Assembly: GCA_963575745.1 (NCBI GenBank) | Contig: CAUYUJ010000111.1 | Coordinates: 1-64,000, forward strand | Source of the DNA: Prorocentrum cordatum | Lineage: Eukaryota | Direction: 5' to 3' | Length of the DNA: 64,000 bases | Shown here: piece after piece, positions 11,801 through 25,612 of the stretch | Layout: each line of letters starts with the position of its first letter | How positions within the stretch are numbered: position 1 is the first letter of the stretch | Notes under the pieces: generated by a model | Told to the model about the DNA's origin: nothing | Databases searched by the model: none | The model's input: the letters and a program-made list of their open reading frames with translations, nothing else | Translations under genes and position numbers: made by a program

Positions 11801-14800
11801 GCGCGCCCGTGCCTGTTCGACCCCGTGTCTTGCGATTATCTGGTGAAGTACAGCGATTCCGAGAAGCTCCAGTCTGAGGAGGCGCGCGCTGAGCTCCGAC
11901 TCATCGCGGTTATGACAGAATTATGCATTGCCCAAATTGGAGTGTAAATGGGCGAAGGTACGGCTTCTGACAAAATGCCTCTCGTTGCACACATGGTCAG
12001 CCGATCTCCAGGACGTGTCGTCGCGCTTCATGTTGACCCGGAAGCGCTTCCAGCTGGAGTCGGTTGAAGTGAACCCAGACGCCGTGGCCAAGGCGGCAAA
12101 ACAGAATCGCAAGATCCGCCCATATGACGTCTTCAAACGCGGGAAGTTGATCGAGCATTGGCAGGAGCATGGCCGAAAACCGACAAAAGAAGATCTGAGT
12201 CGCATGACGTCTGAGTATTCAACATTATCACATGAGGCGTTCGAGGAGCTCTGCCGGAAGGCCAGGGCTGCCGAGGCGCGCAGGGCTGTCGGCATGCGGT
12301 CCCACGCCGACCCGATTCACAACATCCAGCTGGCGCCCGCTCAGGTGCCTGGCGTGCAAAATCATCCTCTTCCTTACCCACTTCCCCCTTCCCCCTCCGA
12401 AGCGAGAGGGAGGGGGGGGATAGGGCCAGCAGGAGGGGAAGGAGGAGGAGGAGAAGGAGGAGGAGAATCAGGGGAAGGAGGGAGCACGAGAGGAAAGGGG
12501 AGGAGAAGTAGGGATCGGATAGGAGGAGGAGGAGGAGGAGGAGGAGGAGGAGGAGGAAAGGGAGGAGGAGGAGAAGGAGGAGGAGGAGGAAGGGGAGGGG
12601 AAGATGGGGGGGAAGAGGGGGGGGATGTGGCAGGGAGGAGGAGGGGCCTGCGAGGTGGAGAGGCAGGAGCGCAACATCATCGTCAAAACGGCGATGGATG
12701 AGGCCATCACTCTCAGCGCGGCCCACGGTCCTACCCGCCTCCCCCCTCGCCTCTCTGTCCTCGCTCTTCTCCTTTCTCCCTCCTCCCCTCCTCCTCCTCC
12801 TCCAATATTTTCCTCGCTCCTCTCTCCTCCATGCGATTTCGCTACTCCTTCCTTGATCCTCGCGCCTCTCTCATCCCTTCGCCCTCCTCATCTCTTCGGC
12901 CCCTCTCTCACCTCCCCCTACCCTCTCGCTCTGCCCGAGCCTCGGGGGCCAAAGTCTTAGACTCTAGATTCTCCCCGGTGGCTTCGCCAGCTCTGGGACG
13001 GGCTCCAGGAGGAGGGATGAGGGAATCGCAACCAGGGGGGCCAAGGTCCGGCCCCCATTGGGCCCCGATGACCCGGCCCCCAGTGGGCCCCAGGAAGACC
13101 TAAGACCAAGACCCAGCCCCCATTGGGCCCCAATGACCCGTCTCCATTTGTTTCAGCATGCCTCCCAGGTCTGCCGTTGGTTGAGGTCGCGAGGTTGCCG
13201 GAGAGCGCGATCCGCATCGACGGCACTACTGGCATGGAAGAGGTCCGCTCCCGTTTCAGAGCCCTTAGCCGTGCAGCCGCCAAAAAGCAGAGAGAAATCG
13301 ATGAGAAAGATATCAATGAACATTGTATGGATATGAAGGCGAACCAGTCCAGACTTGATTTAGTTCCTATACCAGTGGTCTCATCCAAGACGGAGGCGTT
13401 TCAACATCTACCAGTGCAGTGTCTGGCAGTTCCCCACCTCGTCGCCAGGGAGTTGTCGGTCAGGGGCCCCGTCGAGGTTGCTTCCTACATAGGCGAAGGA
13501 GATGGAAGGAAAGACAGCGTCAGCCCTACAGTGAACACAGCACAAATGAACGCCACTCTGGCGCAGGGCTTCCAGAACGCGCACTCCATTTTCGTGCACC
13601 GGGACCAGCCTCCAATGGGCAAAGTCAGGATTACTCAGAAAGCATGCCAACGATTCGGAGTCTGCGTATGCAAGCCCAAAGGCGACGAGCTTCCATCACA
13701 AGGGTATAAGGCAGCTGTTTTCACGAATAGATTTGCCCGCAGAGTTTTCAGTGCAATGCCTGCTCATCTCAAGAGCCATGCCGCACATGGGTTCCTGGTC
13801 GTTGGCCTCGCGCGCTTCGACGAGGACCACTTCGTGGATCACTACCTCTGGTTGCATGTATCCGACCTCTTCCGCAACACGAATGCAACGTTTTGGGTGC
13901 TTGACGGCCCGCGAGGACCAGAGTTACCTAATAAATTCGTGTCGCTTCGCGTGCCAGCCAGAACGGGTTTTCTTGGAGGCTTGTCTTGGCGGGTTGTCCT
14001 GGTGGGTTGTCTTGGGGGGGAATCTTGGGGGGTAATCTTGGGGGCTGTCTTGGGAGGGGTCCTGGCGGGTTGTCTTGGCGGGTTATCTTGGGCGCCGTCT
14101 CCAGCTCCTGGCCAGGAAGGCTTCGCCACCAGGGCGTCCGCCACCAGGCCCCCGATCGTCGTCGTCGTCGTCGCCGTTGTCGCCGCCGCTGTCGGCGTGC
14201 TTGCAGGGTATTGCAAGGTATTGCAGGGTCGTAGGGTATCGCAGGGAATTGCAGGGTGTTGCAGGGTATTGCAGGGTTGGAAGAACGAGCTTCATGGCGT
14301 TAAACGTTAAACTGAACCAGTAAAGCTTAAACAGCCCTACGGCCTACGGTCCCTAACGGGGTGGTGGGATTCCTCGTGCACCCATTGGTGGTTGATGGGG
14401 AGCCTCATGTGCGTACATGTTTTCGGCTGGGTCTTGAGTTGGATCTCGAAAAGGAGTGGATGGCCATGTTCGCTTTGCTGGACCCGTCCACGCTGCCCAT
14501 TCCAGACGTGACTCCAAGGGTGGTCGAGGTGTCCATGGTGGCCGACGTGGAGATGTTCGACGTTTGGAAGCCGAGTGATCTACCAGGACCAGGCCCAGGC
14601 CGTGGGAAGGGCTCCGGCAGAGGCAAGAGTCGGGGGAGCGGCGATGGGCCGCCAGATCCTGGCGGGCCTGGCGGGCGCAGAGGCCGCCAGCGAGGCCGTG
14701 GTGACTGCGGCGACCTTCTTCTCGGCGATGGCGATCCGTTTGCTGCTCTGGGTAGTCTTGTTGCGCCTCAACCCCTACCCGACGCTCCAGGCGACGCGGC

Positions 14801-17286
14801 CCCGGGCGCGCCAGGGCCGCTGGCATATCCAGATGTGGTGGCAGAAGGATTGGCAGCCGACTTTGACGACGAGTTCAAGGAGCGCGCAGAGAGAGCGAAG
14901 CTGAAGGGAAAGGGCGCGGACGAGGAATATGAGGAGGACGATATCTTCGCTGCCGTGTCAGGTGGTCTTGATCTTGACGATGCGCTTCAGGAGCCTCTCG
15001 ATGCACCCGAGTTCATGGAGGTGCCTGAGTCGGACAGCGAGGGCAATGTGGGTTGCTACGTCCCGCTCAACAGCGACGAGGAGTGGGACTTGTTCGGTTG
15101 GTCTGATTCAGATGCCGATCTCGCTGATCTACTTCCACCTCCTGATCCAGCATCGGGAGCCGCGTCGAGCTCGACCTCCGGGGCAGCGCCCCCGCCCTCG
15201 GGCGCGGCGCCCGCGGCCGCGGAGTCAAGTTCAGCTTTGGGCGCAGCTTCAGGCTCTTCCACGAGCTCTGGGGTTCTACCGCCGCCTCCTCCTCCAGGGC
15301 CGCCTGCTGGTGGGCATCAGCAACATGATGGAGGTGCCGGAGGCGATGGATGCGGTGGCGGCGGTGGTGGAGGTGGTGGAGGTGGTGGTGGACATGGTGG
15401 AGGACCCAGAGTCGAGCGCTGGTACTTCCCTGGCGGCTACATTACTATCAAAGATACTGCCATGGATTATTCAATTTGTGCATACTGTACTTGCGGTCAT
15501 GGGGCAGCAGGTCGATGCAGGCGCACAAGGACGTTGAAGGTTCCGCAGCCGGGGCCGCCTTCGGACCTCGGGGGAGTTTCAGAGGCTCCGCGAGGGCCTC
15601 AGGAGGGCCCAAGAGAGCACCATGAAGGCCCCCAGTGGACCCCAAGAGGGCTCCTAGGGTGTCCTAGGTCCTAGGTCCTACTAGAGTCCTAGAGTCCTAG
15701 AGTCCTAGAGTCTAGAGTCTAGAGTCTAGAGTCCAGAGGAGGACCACAAAGCGAGATGCGGTCGCATCTCGCTTCGCATTAGTTTTTAGTTCAGGACCCT
15801 ATCGGAGCCCTCCACTCGAGGGCCCAGGAGGGGCCCCGCGAGGGCCCCGAGTGGACCGCAGGGGGGCTCCAAGAGGGCCCCCAGGCGAGATGCCGCGGCA
15901 TCTCGCTTCAAAGTAGTTTTCGGTTCCTCTTGAGCCCCTCTTGGAGCCCTCTTGGGTCTTCTCGGGGCCCTTTGGAGCCCCATCATGGGCTTCATCGGGG
16001 CCCCTCTCGGGCTCTCTCGGGCCCTCGTGTGGCCGAAGAAATGAAGCCCGTCCCCAAGAGGGCCCGCAACTGGGGCCCCAAGAGCTCCTCCAAGCTCCTC
16101 CGAACTCCTCCGAGCTCCTCGGAGAGCTCCAGGAGGGGCCCCAGGAACCAAGAGGCCCCCCGCTTCAAGAGAGGCCCTAGAGGTCCCCAGACATCGCGTT
16201 GTCTTTACATACTTCGCTCGATCATCTGCTTGATGTTACATGCAATTGTGGGTGTCCTGGCATGGCTTGGATGAGCATGATTTCTCCCCATTCCCGGCCA
16301 CCTACCGAGATCGGCCAGGAACTTTCGCCAGGCGCAATATACTTTTCAGTGCAAGTGCAGATCTGCGAATATAAAGCTACTAGCAAGCAGCCAGGGGGTC
16401 CCCGAACAGCAATTTAGTTCACATATGGGGATTTCCGAAGACAGCGCCCTAGAGCCTTGTCAGGCGGCTAAGCGGTCATTAGCGGCTAAGCGGCTAAGCG
16501 GCTAAGCGGCTAAGTTTTAAGCCCCGTCTGGGGTCGACCCCCCTTGTGATTGCCCCTCCCCTTCTGACATGCATGCATGTGGTACGCTATACTATCTACC
16601 AACATAAAATAGTAACAGTAGTAGCACGCTGATCGGCCCAGCTTCTCACCCAGCTCGACGAGGGCTGAGGGGGTGGCCAAGGGGCTCAGGGGGTCGGTAA
16701 TAGCAGATGGAATGGCCGAGCTTCTCACCTTGCGAGTCGAGGGCCGATGGGCTGGCAGAGGGGAGGGAAGGGGGGGAGCGATAGAAGACAGTATGCAGTA
16801 GACGGATGGAGGAGGAGAGAGGGCCGTGCATGGACAAGTGGAGGTGGCGCGGAGTTCTGTTTGGGAGATGTGCGGCATTGGTCTCATAGGGCTCAGCCGC
16901 CGCTACGGGGTTGTGGTCTCGACGGGCCATGGGCTTTTGGCCGATTGGCCAGGGAGCGCAGTGCATTCCCATATCGCTGAACCAAAAAGGAAACAAAGCA
17001 CGGATTTGGGCTTTTCAGCGTCCTTGCTGCTGCGGCCACCAAGGTGGGGCCGAGGCCGGGCCAAGGCTTTCCGCTTGGTCATCTGGTGGCTTGGTTGCAA
17101 CAGGGTTTGACATGCTCGGCAGCCGAGCACGGCGACCGATACGACGTGCCGTCTCGCGCGGCCCGGAGGGCCGCCAGGGACCTGGTGACGGCCAACCCCG
17201 CCAATGCCATTCTGTTGCAAGCAGAGGGTCGCGGCGCGCCCGCAGACATGCCTCGTCCAGTCCAGGAGCCCGACGACGTCCTCTAG
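8806..17286 (+). CDS. Multi-exon putative DDE transposase (hAT-like CxxH type) with AT-hook, HMG-box-like and Cys/His-rich domains; one frameshift near 11939
   Basis: Approximate exons: 8806-9099 (KRKPGRPPGSRNK), 9640-9984 (VMFDESP), 10283-12345 (STDDGSSN..CQVH, SRSKW, IAQI/ECKWA, then RPYDVF..EYSTLSHEAFEELCRKA), 13169-13960, 14370-15539 and 17055-17286. Exon boundaries inferred by eye. Confidence 0.6.
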
Positions 17287-17591
17287 CAGCTAGCAGTTAG
17301 GAATGCGACTTGATTATTGTGCGTATGCGTCCCCAGGCCCAGGCGGTTCCCATCCAACAGCCCCCCATCAATGCTTTAATTTCCAATTCCTCTCCCACTC
17401 CTTCTTCGCCGCCTTTTTTTTGCAGCAACGGCCTGGGCCTGGGCGACCAGCCTCGGGGGAGTCCGGAGACCCCGCCTCAGAAACTCAAAGGAGACCATTA
17501 TTCCCTCAGCATTACCCCGCAATGCAGCACACTGGCCAGCCCCAGGGTCACTTCTTCATTGGTTTCCCTCTCCCTCTTTCTCTCTCCCTCT

Positions 17592-17627
<36 letters not shown>

Positions 17628-19961
17628 CTCCCTCTCTCTCTCTATTCTTTATCTCTCTATCTCTCTATCTCTCCCTCACCGTCTCTCCCTCCTCTCTACT
17701 CAATGCGATTCGCAGGGTCCGGGCGTCTCTTGACTCTCTTGCCTCTGAAGAGGACGAGGCTCCCTTGGTGCAAGCTGCTGGGCAGAGTACTGGAAACGAT
17801 GAGTGACTAAAGTTTAAAGTGACTACTAAAGGTCGGGTGTCTCCACCACGCCTGGGCCGAGGCCAGGCCGAGCCACCGTCCTGTTCTGCGTACGCGTGCA
17901 CTCGCGCGCTGTGCAAGCACGCGTATCAGGCACCCCGCCTCAGGGCCTCAGGGGGAAGGTGCATGCGTACTCTTTCGGTTCAGGTCCATCAGACCTGGCT
18001 CCGTGCGGCAAAGGCCGCATGGATAGCGTTTCGCCCGAGTAAATTGTGGATCTGGTTCGGTCACCCGCCGAGGGCCTTGGATCGCCCCTAGCCATGTGGG
18101 GCGAGGCGTTGCCTCAGGCAACGCTTGAAGCCGGTTCATGGGGACCACTCGTACTCGGTTTGCAAGCGCGGGGATGCTGCTCCTGAGGCGGTCCCAGAAA
18201 ACCGTTCATCGCGCCGGCACGCAGGCGCACGATAATATTAGCATCGCACGTGGGAGACCGCGCGGTGCCAGGCCCAGGGCCCAGGTAAGGGCCCGAGAGA
18301 CAGACGGAACGTGCTACCCCTGAAAGCACCTCCCAGTGGAGTAGCATCCATGGAGCAGCACCCTTGCAAGGACGGCTCTTTGTTCCCCCACGTGGGGCTC
18401 AAGATTTCCTGTTTCATGAACTGTGTCATGGTAGGGTCTGGCGCGGGGGTTCATAGAACCCCGACCGCGGCCTTCCCTTCTCTGTCTCGTCTGCCTGCTA
18501 GTCTGTGTCCCTTTCGTTGGAGCGGAAGGCGGCGGGTCCCTGGAGGCCCTGGAGGGCCCGCCATGGGGGCACTGGCTCAGGGAGCGAGTCGGGCCCACAC
18601 CTGGGGCAGACCAGGGGCCGTCCAGGCGTCCGCCCACAGGGTTAGGTACACCTGGGGATTCTTGGCTGTCGTCCTGGCGTCGCCCTGTATTTGTTTCAGT
18701 ATGTATATGGCCCGATGGGACTGACCCCCAGTGCAGATTTCAGTCTGGGGCGAGGCATGCCGTCGTCCTGGCGCTCGTTGCACCTGGGGCGGCAGGTCTC
18801 GCCGTCCGGCGGTCGATCTTGGCTTTCTTTGCGTTTCTCGTCCTGACTGGCGGTGCAGGTTACGGCGTACGGCACCGCATTTTTGTCGTGGTGTGCATGG
18901 TGTCAGGCACCCCGCCTCAGGGCCTCAGGGGGCAGCAGCGCCGCACACATCTTTTTCCCTCCTCTCGGCGGTTGGAGGGACATCGGAGTACTCAGTGTAC
19001 TCGAGCACGGGGGTGGACGCAGGCCCGCCCCGACCGTGGCTCACCTTTCTCGGTGCTGTGGCAGCGCACTGGCTGCCCCGTTCCCCCGCTCGATTGCACA
19101 GTGTCGTGCGGGGTGACGCCTTACCCCCTGCGCTTTCGCGCTCTCCAGTAAAAAAAGCTGTCTTGGCCCTCCGGGTCCGCCTGATTGGATCTCCGCCACC
19201 CCCGAGATCCAATCACTCTGGGGGCCCTCTTGGGCCCTTGGAGGGGGCTCCGGGGCCCGAGAGGGCCCCAAGACGGCTCCAAGAGGCCCCAAAGAGGGTC
19301 CCAAGAAGGCCCCAAGAGGGCCCCAAGACGCCCCCATGATCATGTAACCTTCCTGGGGCCCTCTTGGGGGCCTCTTGGAGCCGTCTCGGGGCCCTCTCGG
19401 GCACCTCTGAAGGCTCTAGACTCTAGACTCTAGACTGACACTGACTCTAGACTCTACTCTATATGCCGCCAACAGGGCCCCGAGGAGGCTCCAAGATGCC
19501 CCAAAGATATCTCCAGGAATTGCTCCATGATCATGGAGGCTCCTGGGGCCCTCTTGGAGCCTTCCTGGGGCTTTCTTGGGGCCCTCTTGGAGCCCTCCCA
19601 AGCAGTCGGGCCCTCTTTGGGCCCTCTGAGTTGTGTTGTGTTTGTGTTGTCTTGTGTTGTTGAGTGTTGTGTTTCCTTATTCCTTTTATGTGTCATAGGG
19701 CCGATGGGTTGCTGGCGGGTCGCGAGGCGGGCGGGTCGCAGGTGGGTCGCAGGCGCTGCGCCCGCCCGCCCGCGCACTCACTCCTGTCTTATCTGCAATT
19801 GCGGGATGCATTGCTTAGCTTTGGCAACTCCTCATGTATCATTTATCATGGGCCCAGAGTGCTCGAGCGATTCAGAGTATTCAGCATGCGAAATGCTCTC
19901 CAACAATACGCGTCTAAGGTTTTTGCTGTACCAGGCCACCTGCCTGTCAGTTGCGATCAGG

Positions 19962-22900
19962 ATGGGCGCAGTGTCGGCAGCGGCAGCGGCATGCGCTTAT
20001 GAAAGTCGCACATGGAACCACTTGGTGAGTGACGTCCTTCCTCACCGTGGCCGTCAGTTGAGGGACTTGCAGATCATGTCTTTGTGCTCTGGCATGGGGC
20101 CCGAGATATATGCCTTACACAAGCTCGGCTACAGTTGCCAGACCATCGCTTGCGATATGAAGAACGATTCCAAGTTGACCTTGAATCTCTTTCCAACCCG
20201 TGGGCTGGGGCCCGCACCCCGGCACATGTTCGGCGACGTGTTTGAAATGATGGACGGTCTGGAGGGGGCTCCGGGTTCCAAGAGGGCGATGTGTTCCAAG
20301 TGCGGTGGGCCTTGCAATCCAATAGAAGGGGACATGATCGTAGACATTCTCGTCGCCGGCTTCCCCTGCCAGCCCTACACAGCTGCCAGGAGAAAGCGGT
20401 TTGCGAATGATGATGACGTCGCCGCCCACAAGAAATACGACGTCTCAATTGAGATGGTCCGATCAGTGAAGATTGTTATGCCAGCATCGTTCATCTTCGA
20501 GAACGTCGTGGGCTTCGCCCGCCGGGGCGTGAACGACATTCGGCCCACCCCCCTGGACCACTTCATGGAGCAGCTCAGGGCCATCGAGAAGTACCACGTG
20601 GAAGCGTTCCAGTTGCAGCTGGGCGATTGGGTCAACCACGATCGCGACAGGAGAGAATTTTCTTCAAATGTCCAGATGGAAGGGGAGCGAATAGACCTTA
20701 CGCATATAGTTTTTTTTCCAAAAAGTGCTTGCACTGAATGGGTCCTAGCGGAAATATAGATAGGTGTTGCGAAAGTGCCTTGCCGATTTCGGTCAGCGGC
20801 CGACTTCGGTCCTCGGGGGAGCCTCAGGAAAGTTCCAAGAGGGCCCCAAGAGGGCTCCACGAGGGCCACAAGAGGACACAAGAGGGCCCCAAGCAGGCCC
20901 GAAAGAAGTCTCAACATGTGGGGGCCAAAGGGGGCTTAACATGAGTTTCTGAAACATTTCCCAAGAGGAGTCCAAGAGGACCCAACAGGAGCACAAAGAT
21001 GGCCACAGGAGGGCCTCAAGGAGACCCCAAGATGGCCCCAAAGCGAGATGCCGCGGCATCTCGTTGCAAAGTAGTTTTCGGTATCTCTTGGACCCCTCTT
21101 GGATGACACTTGGAGCCTTCTTGGGTCTTCTTGGAGCCCGCTCGGGGCCCCTCTTGAATCCTCTTTGTGCCCCTCTTGGGCCCTCGCGGGGCTTAACAAG
21201 GCCCCTGGCAGGGCCCTCATAATGCCCTGGAAGGGCCCAAGACGGTCGCAACACGGCTCCAAGAGGGGCCTCGGGAGGGCCCAAGAGGGTCCCAAAACGG
21301 CTCCAAGCGGGTTCCAGAACGATGTGCCAAAATTGCCCAAAGTGGCTTGCAGGATCCCCCTTCAGTCTTAGGGTCTTAGGGGCCCTCTTGGGCCCTTCCA
21401 GGGCCCTATGGCCTATGGCCTTATGAGGGCCCTGGCATAGCGGTAGCGTCGATTGCTATAATATTTCAATCCTCGGCTTTCAGGCTAAGGCTAAGGCTTA
21501 AGCGCGCGAGCTGCAAGAATCTAGAAGACTTTAGAATTCTAGACTCTAGACTCTAGATTTCTAGATTCTAGATTCTGACCCTGTAATTCAGGACGAAAGT
21601 TTGAGCGCCTGGGGGTCTTCAAGATTCAGGGCCCCCGAAGCCCTCGAGCAGTCCAGAGCGCCCAGGGCCTGCGTCAGTCCTAGGTCCTCGGTATCAGGGC
21701 CCTTGGGTTCGGATCGAAGTCATGAGACTGAAAGCGTAGCCCGTCCCTGATACCTCTTCCAATTATACCGCCCTCTCTCCCTCCATCTCCCGTGCTTTTA
21801 TTTCGTTACTCCATCGTCTCACCTTTCGGCCTCTCCTCCCTTTCATATTTCTTTCTTCCTCCTGTGCTGCCTCGCTCCCCTCGCTCGCTCCACCTCCTTC
21901 TCCCCCCTCGCCTCCCCCGCCCCCTTCCGGCTCTCTCCCTCCCTTCCCTCGTCCGCCGCCTCCCCGCCCAGGGTGTTCATCGTGGGCATGCGCCAGGACC
22001 TCCACGTCGCGGCAGATATGAGGGCGGTCATTCGCAACGTGAATTCCGTCATCCGGGAGCGCCGCAAGAAGTTGCCCACGCCCTGGCAGGCAGTGGTCTT
22101 GCCGCAGGCCGCGTTGGTCCAGCAGCTTGCCCAGGACCGACTTTTGGGGCCAAGGTTTGGGGCCGACGATTTGTTAGTCGTGTTAGTTAGTCGATGGGTT
22201 TCGCAGCTCGCCGGGTGAATGTAGCCACAGCTGTCGATGGGGTTCGCCAGACATCCAATTTCGTTCGACAGGTTGCGCAACGCGTCGAGTCGCATTTCGA
22301 CAGGTTGCGCAGTGGGTCGAGTCGCTTTTCGACACCTTTGCATGTGATCCAGTCGCGTTCGACTGGTTGCGCAACGTGTCTGGCAACTTTCCGGGAGCTG
22401 CAGCCTGGGGCCCACAGCATTCCGGGAGCATTTCGGGAGCATTCCGGGAGCAGCATTCGGGGGGGTGCAATTCAGGGGGGCAGGCGTCGCGTGCGCTAAG
22501 TACCCCCCCCCCCAAAAAAAAAAAAAGCTACCATCTGCCCCCCTTCGTCCTGCGTCGCCTCCTTGCTCTTGGCGCCCCTTGCTCCTCGTCAGGGGTCTGT
22601 CAGGGCAGGGGCCCCGAGGCTCCCCAAGGGCCCTAGGATGGGCCCCAGGGGGCCACCCAGACGCCTGCGGCGTCTAAAACCCAGACGCCAGCGGCGGCTG
22701 GATGGGCCCCAGAAAGACCCCGTGAGAGCCTCAGGACCTCGGGAGAGCCCCAGGAAAGTTCCAGAGCCTCAGGACCTCGGGAGAGCCTCAGGACCTCGGG
22801 AGAGCCTCAGGACCTCGGGAGAGCCTCAGGACCTCGCGAGATCTTCAGGCCCTCGGTAGGCGGCCTGCTTCGGACCTCGAGTAGGCCTCAGGAAAGTTCC

Positions 22901-25612
22901 ACGAGGGTCCCAAGAGGGCTCCACGAGGTCATCAAGAGGGCCCCACGACGGCACAGGCCCAGGCCCAGGCCCGAGCAGACTTCAATATGGGGTGGCCAAA
23001 AGCTTGAATTAGGGGGGACGTAGAGCCTTCAGGCCGCCAAGGCCCCAAAAGAACCACTTCCCAAGAGGAGTCCAAGTGGGCCCGAGAGGGGCCCGAAGAG
23101 AGCCACAAGAGGGCCCCAATTAGTGGGTCCCAAGAGGGCCCCAGGAGGCGAGATGCCGCGACATCTCGCTTCAAAGATGTCACGCGTTCCACTCGGGCCC
23201 CTCTTGGAGCCCCCTTGGAGCCTTCTTGGGCTCAGCGCTTCGGCGCGCTTAGCGGCTTAGAGCTTAGAGGCTCATTACTTGGGGCCTTCTCGGGGCCCCT
23301 CTTGGGCCCTCCTGGGGCCCCTCTTGGGTCCTCGTGGGGCTTGACGACTCCCCCCGAGAGGGCCCGCACTGGGGCCCACAAGAGCTACGAGCTGCTCCGA
23401 ACGCATCCGAGCTACTACTCGGAGGGCCCCCACTTCATGAGGGGCCCGAGAGGGCCCCAGACATCGCGTCGTGCTTCAATGTCTCGATCGAAAATCTGGT
23501 AGTTGTTCCTGGGTCCTAAGGCCTAAGCCCCTGGGATGTAATTAAAAAAAAACTCGTTCATTCGGCGCTGGGGTTCTCTGGGGGGCCCTCTAGGGTTGTC
23601 CTGGCATTTGGGGCCAAAGGCTTCGGGGCCAGGCCCAGTATTCGAAAATTGTAGAGGGCCTCGCGCGCAGCGCCAGCCAGCTGGACGTGGGAAGGTCGGG
23701 GCCTGAGGTCCAGATTCAAGCGGGGCCTGGGGCTGCTGGAGCTCCCCCGAGGGGTTGCATCTGAGGGCGATCCGTAAGCGTTTTGTTCAGGAGCAGAGGC
23801 TGGCAGAGGCCCGCCATGGACGTCTCCGCGAGGCCGTCTTTGTTTCATTCGCCTCCTCCACGGGGGCGGCCCGCGCCCGATCCGACGCCTCCTCCCCCGC
23901 GGGCCGGCGACTTGAACCAGGACCTCCACGGCGCTGGCGGCGGCGACGACAATATATTATTCGATGAACCAGCAGAGTCAGCAGAGTCCCGGCCCCAACC
24001 CCAGCCCAAGAAGAAGTTCCGGAAGGGGGCCTTGTGCAAGAACAACACGTGGCTCCCAAAGATCCGAGAGCGAGCGCCCGACGATGTAGAGGAGTATCGG
24101 TTGCATCACTCTAACAATCGCGTCGCAAGGTCCGCCTTAGATCATGAGATTTTGACTTGGGCCCGAGCACGCTTAGGCTCAGTCCCTGTCTCTGATGCGC
24201 CGCCCGCGGAGCCCGTCTCCAGCTCCTTAGTGATTGACCTGACGGCCTAAGGCCTAAGGCTGCAGGCTTTAAGATTTAAGAGGACGCTTCCAGTGGGGAT
24301 TCCTGGCAGCTGAACTGAATTCATGTTTGCTGTCTCCGTCGCTATCCATATCGCCACATCGGTGACATAAAGGGGGCACCCTGGAGGTGCCGAGAAGCGC
24401 CGAGTGAGGCCCGAGTGGGTTCCAAGAGAGACCCCATCCGAGATAGTATCCAGATCTTTGTGGCGACCTCTTGGGCACGCTTGGGCCCCTCATCGGCCTG
24501 GGCCCTTTCGGGGCCTTCTCGAAATCTCCTCGGCGCCCTCTTGGGCCACTCCGCGGGCCTGGGTCCCGGGTCTTCCTGGAGGGCTTGGGCTGGGATTGGG
24601 TTGTCTTGGCTTTTCAGGCTTACGGCGCACGGTGGACTGCGGAGAGCTGCGTGCGCGTGTGTGGGGATCGATTGAAAGACGACGGGGGTCCACCAGATGG
24701 ACGGGCCGATCGGGCGGACGCGGGAGGGGGGAGGAGGGACGGGGGGGTGCGAGTGGAGGAGAAGGGAGGAGGAGTGAGGAGAGACGGCTGGGAGGGAGAA
24801 AATCTAACGCATCTCAGATGTCCGGATCTGGAGAGCGGCGAGGTCGTGGCCCAGGTAAGACGGGTCTCCAACCAAAGGTGTGGGAGACGGAGAACGTTGT
24901 GGCGCGCGCTGATTTGGGCATCGATGTGGGAGCAACTCCATGGACGCAGACCGCTCGGCTCGCTGGCGTGACTCCGCATCCTCGTGACATCTCCATCATC
25001 GACTGTGTCTACGTCAGGCGGTGCAAGGAACTGGGCTTGAACGACTATGAGAGCGAGGCGGCCCGCCACCAGGCCGCGCAGGGCTTGATCGCCGACACCA
25101 GCCAGAACGTGACCAGGCGCGGGCGCCAACCAAGTGGCCGATCCTGGGGGGCCGTCGCTTTCGCGGTTTGAATCTGGGGATCGTGGCTCTCCTGGGCCCT
25201 GGGCCAACGTGCGCGATGGGATGGCCCGCCGGATCGGCTTTTTGGCAGGGCGGCCAACCCAATCAATCGGATCAGCGCCACGCTACAGAACTCCAAGAAG
25301 TACTCATACGAGCTGGACCGCTTGATCACTACACCCGATCTACTGGCCACCCTTGGCTGGCCGCATGATGTCTTGGATCACCTGCCCGTGCAGGATGGCA
25401 GGAAGATGGTGGGGGAGGCTCTGGCAGTCCAACAGGTGGGAACGATTCTGGCATCTATCCTCAACGTCTTGAAATCGCCCGGTGCTTTCGACGATGTTCA
25501 CGCGCAGAGGCCCCCTCAGCCACCTGATGATGCGCCTGATGATCACGTGCGGGGGCCCCCTCATCCTGGTCCTGGACGCGGGGACCAATTTCGTGATATA
25601 GAAGCCTGCTAG
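19962..25612 (+). CDS. Multi-exon C5 cytosine DNA methyltransferase
   Basis: Motif I SLCSGMG, IV DILVAGFPCQ and VI FIFENVVGF. Motif VIII DRDR|VFIVG spans a GA-AG intron at 20651-21971. DTSQNVTR|AANP spans a GC-AG intron at 25117-25248. IX/X-like LGWP..MVGEALAV. The middle exon joins are uncertain. Confidence 0.85.
22725..22860 (+). repeat. 19 bp tandem repeat GAGAGCCTCAGGACCTCGG (intronic)
   Basis: About 5-6 copies visible. Confidence 0.8.
23817..24250 (+). CDS. Possible small protein or orphan exon nested in a methyltransferase intron
   Basis: Non-repetitive, protein-like translation with a KKKFRK basic patch, ending VIDLTA*. No family recognised. Confidence 0.3.

Noticed and set aside
15540..19520. 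Many overlapping GC-rich ORFs (also in 20760-23550, 25620-28400 and 35080-38640)
   Set aside because: Low-complexity or repeat-derived and stop-poor because of high GC. Only 17055-17286 was kept as a likely exon.
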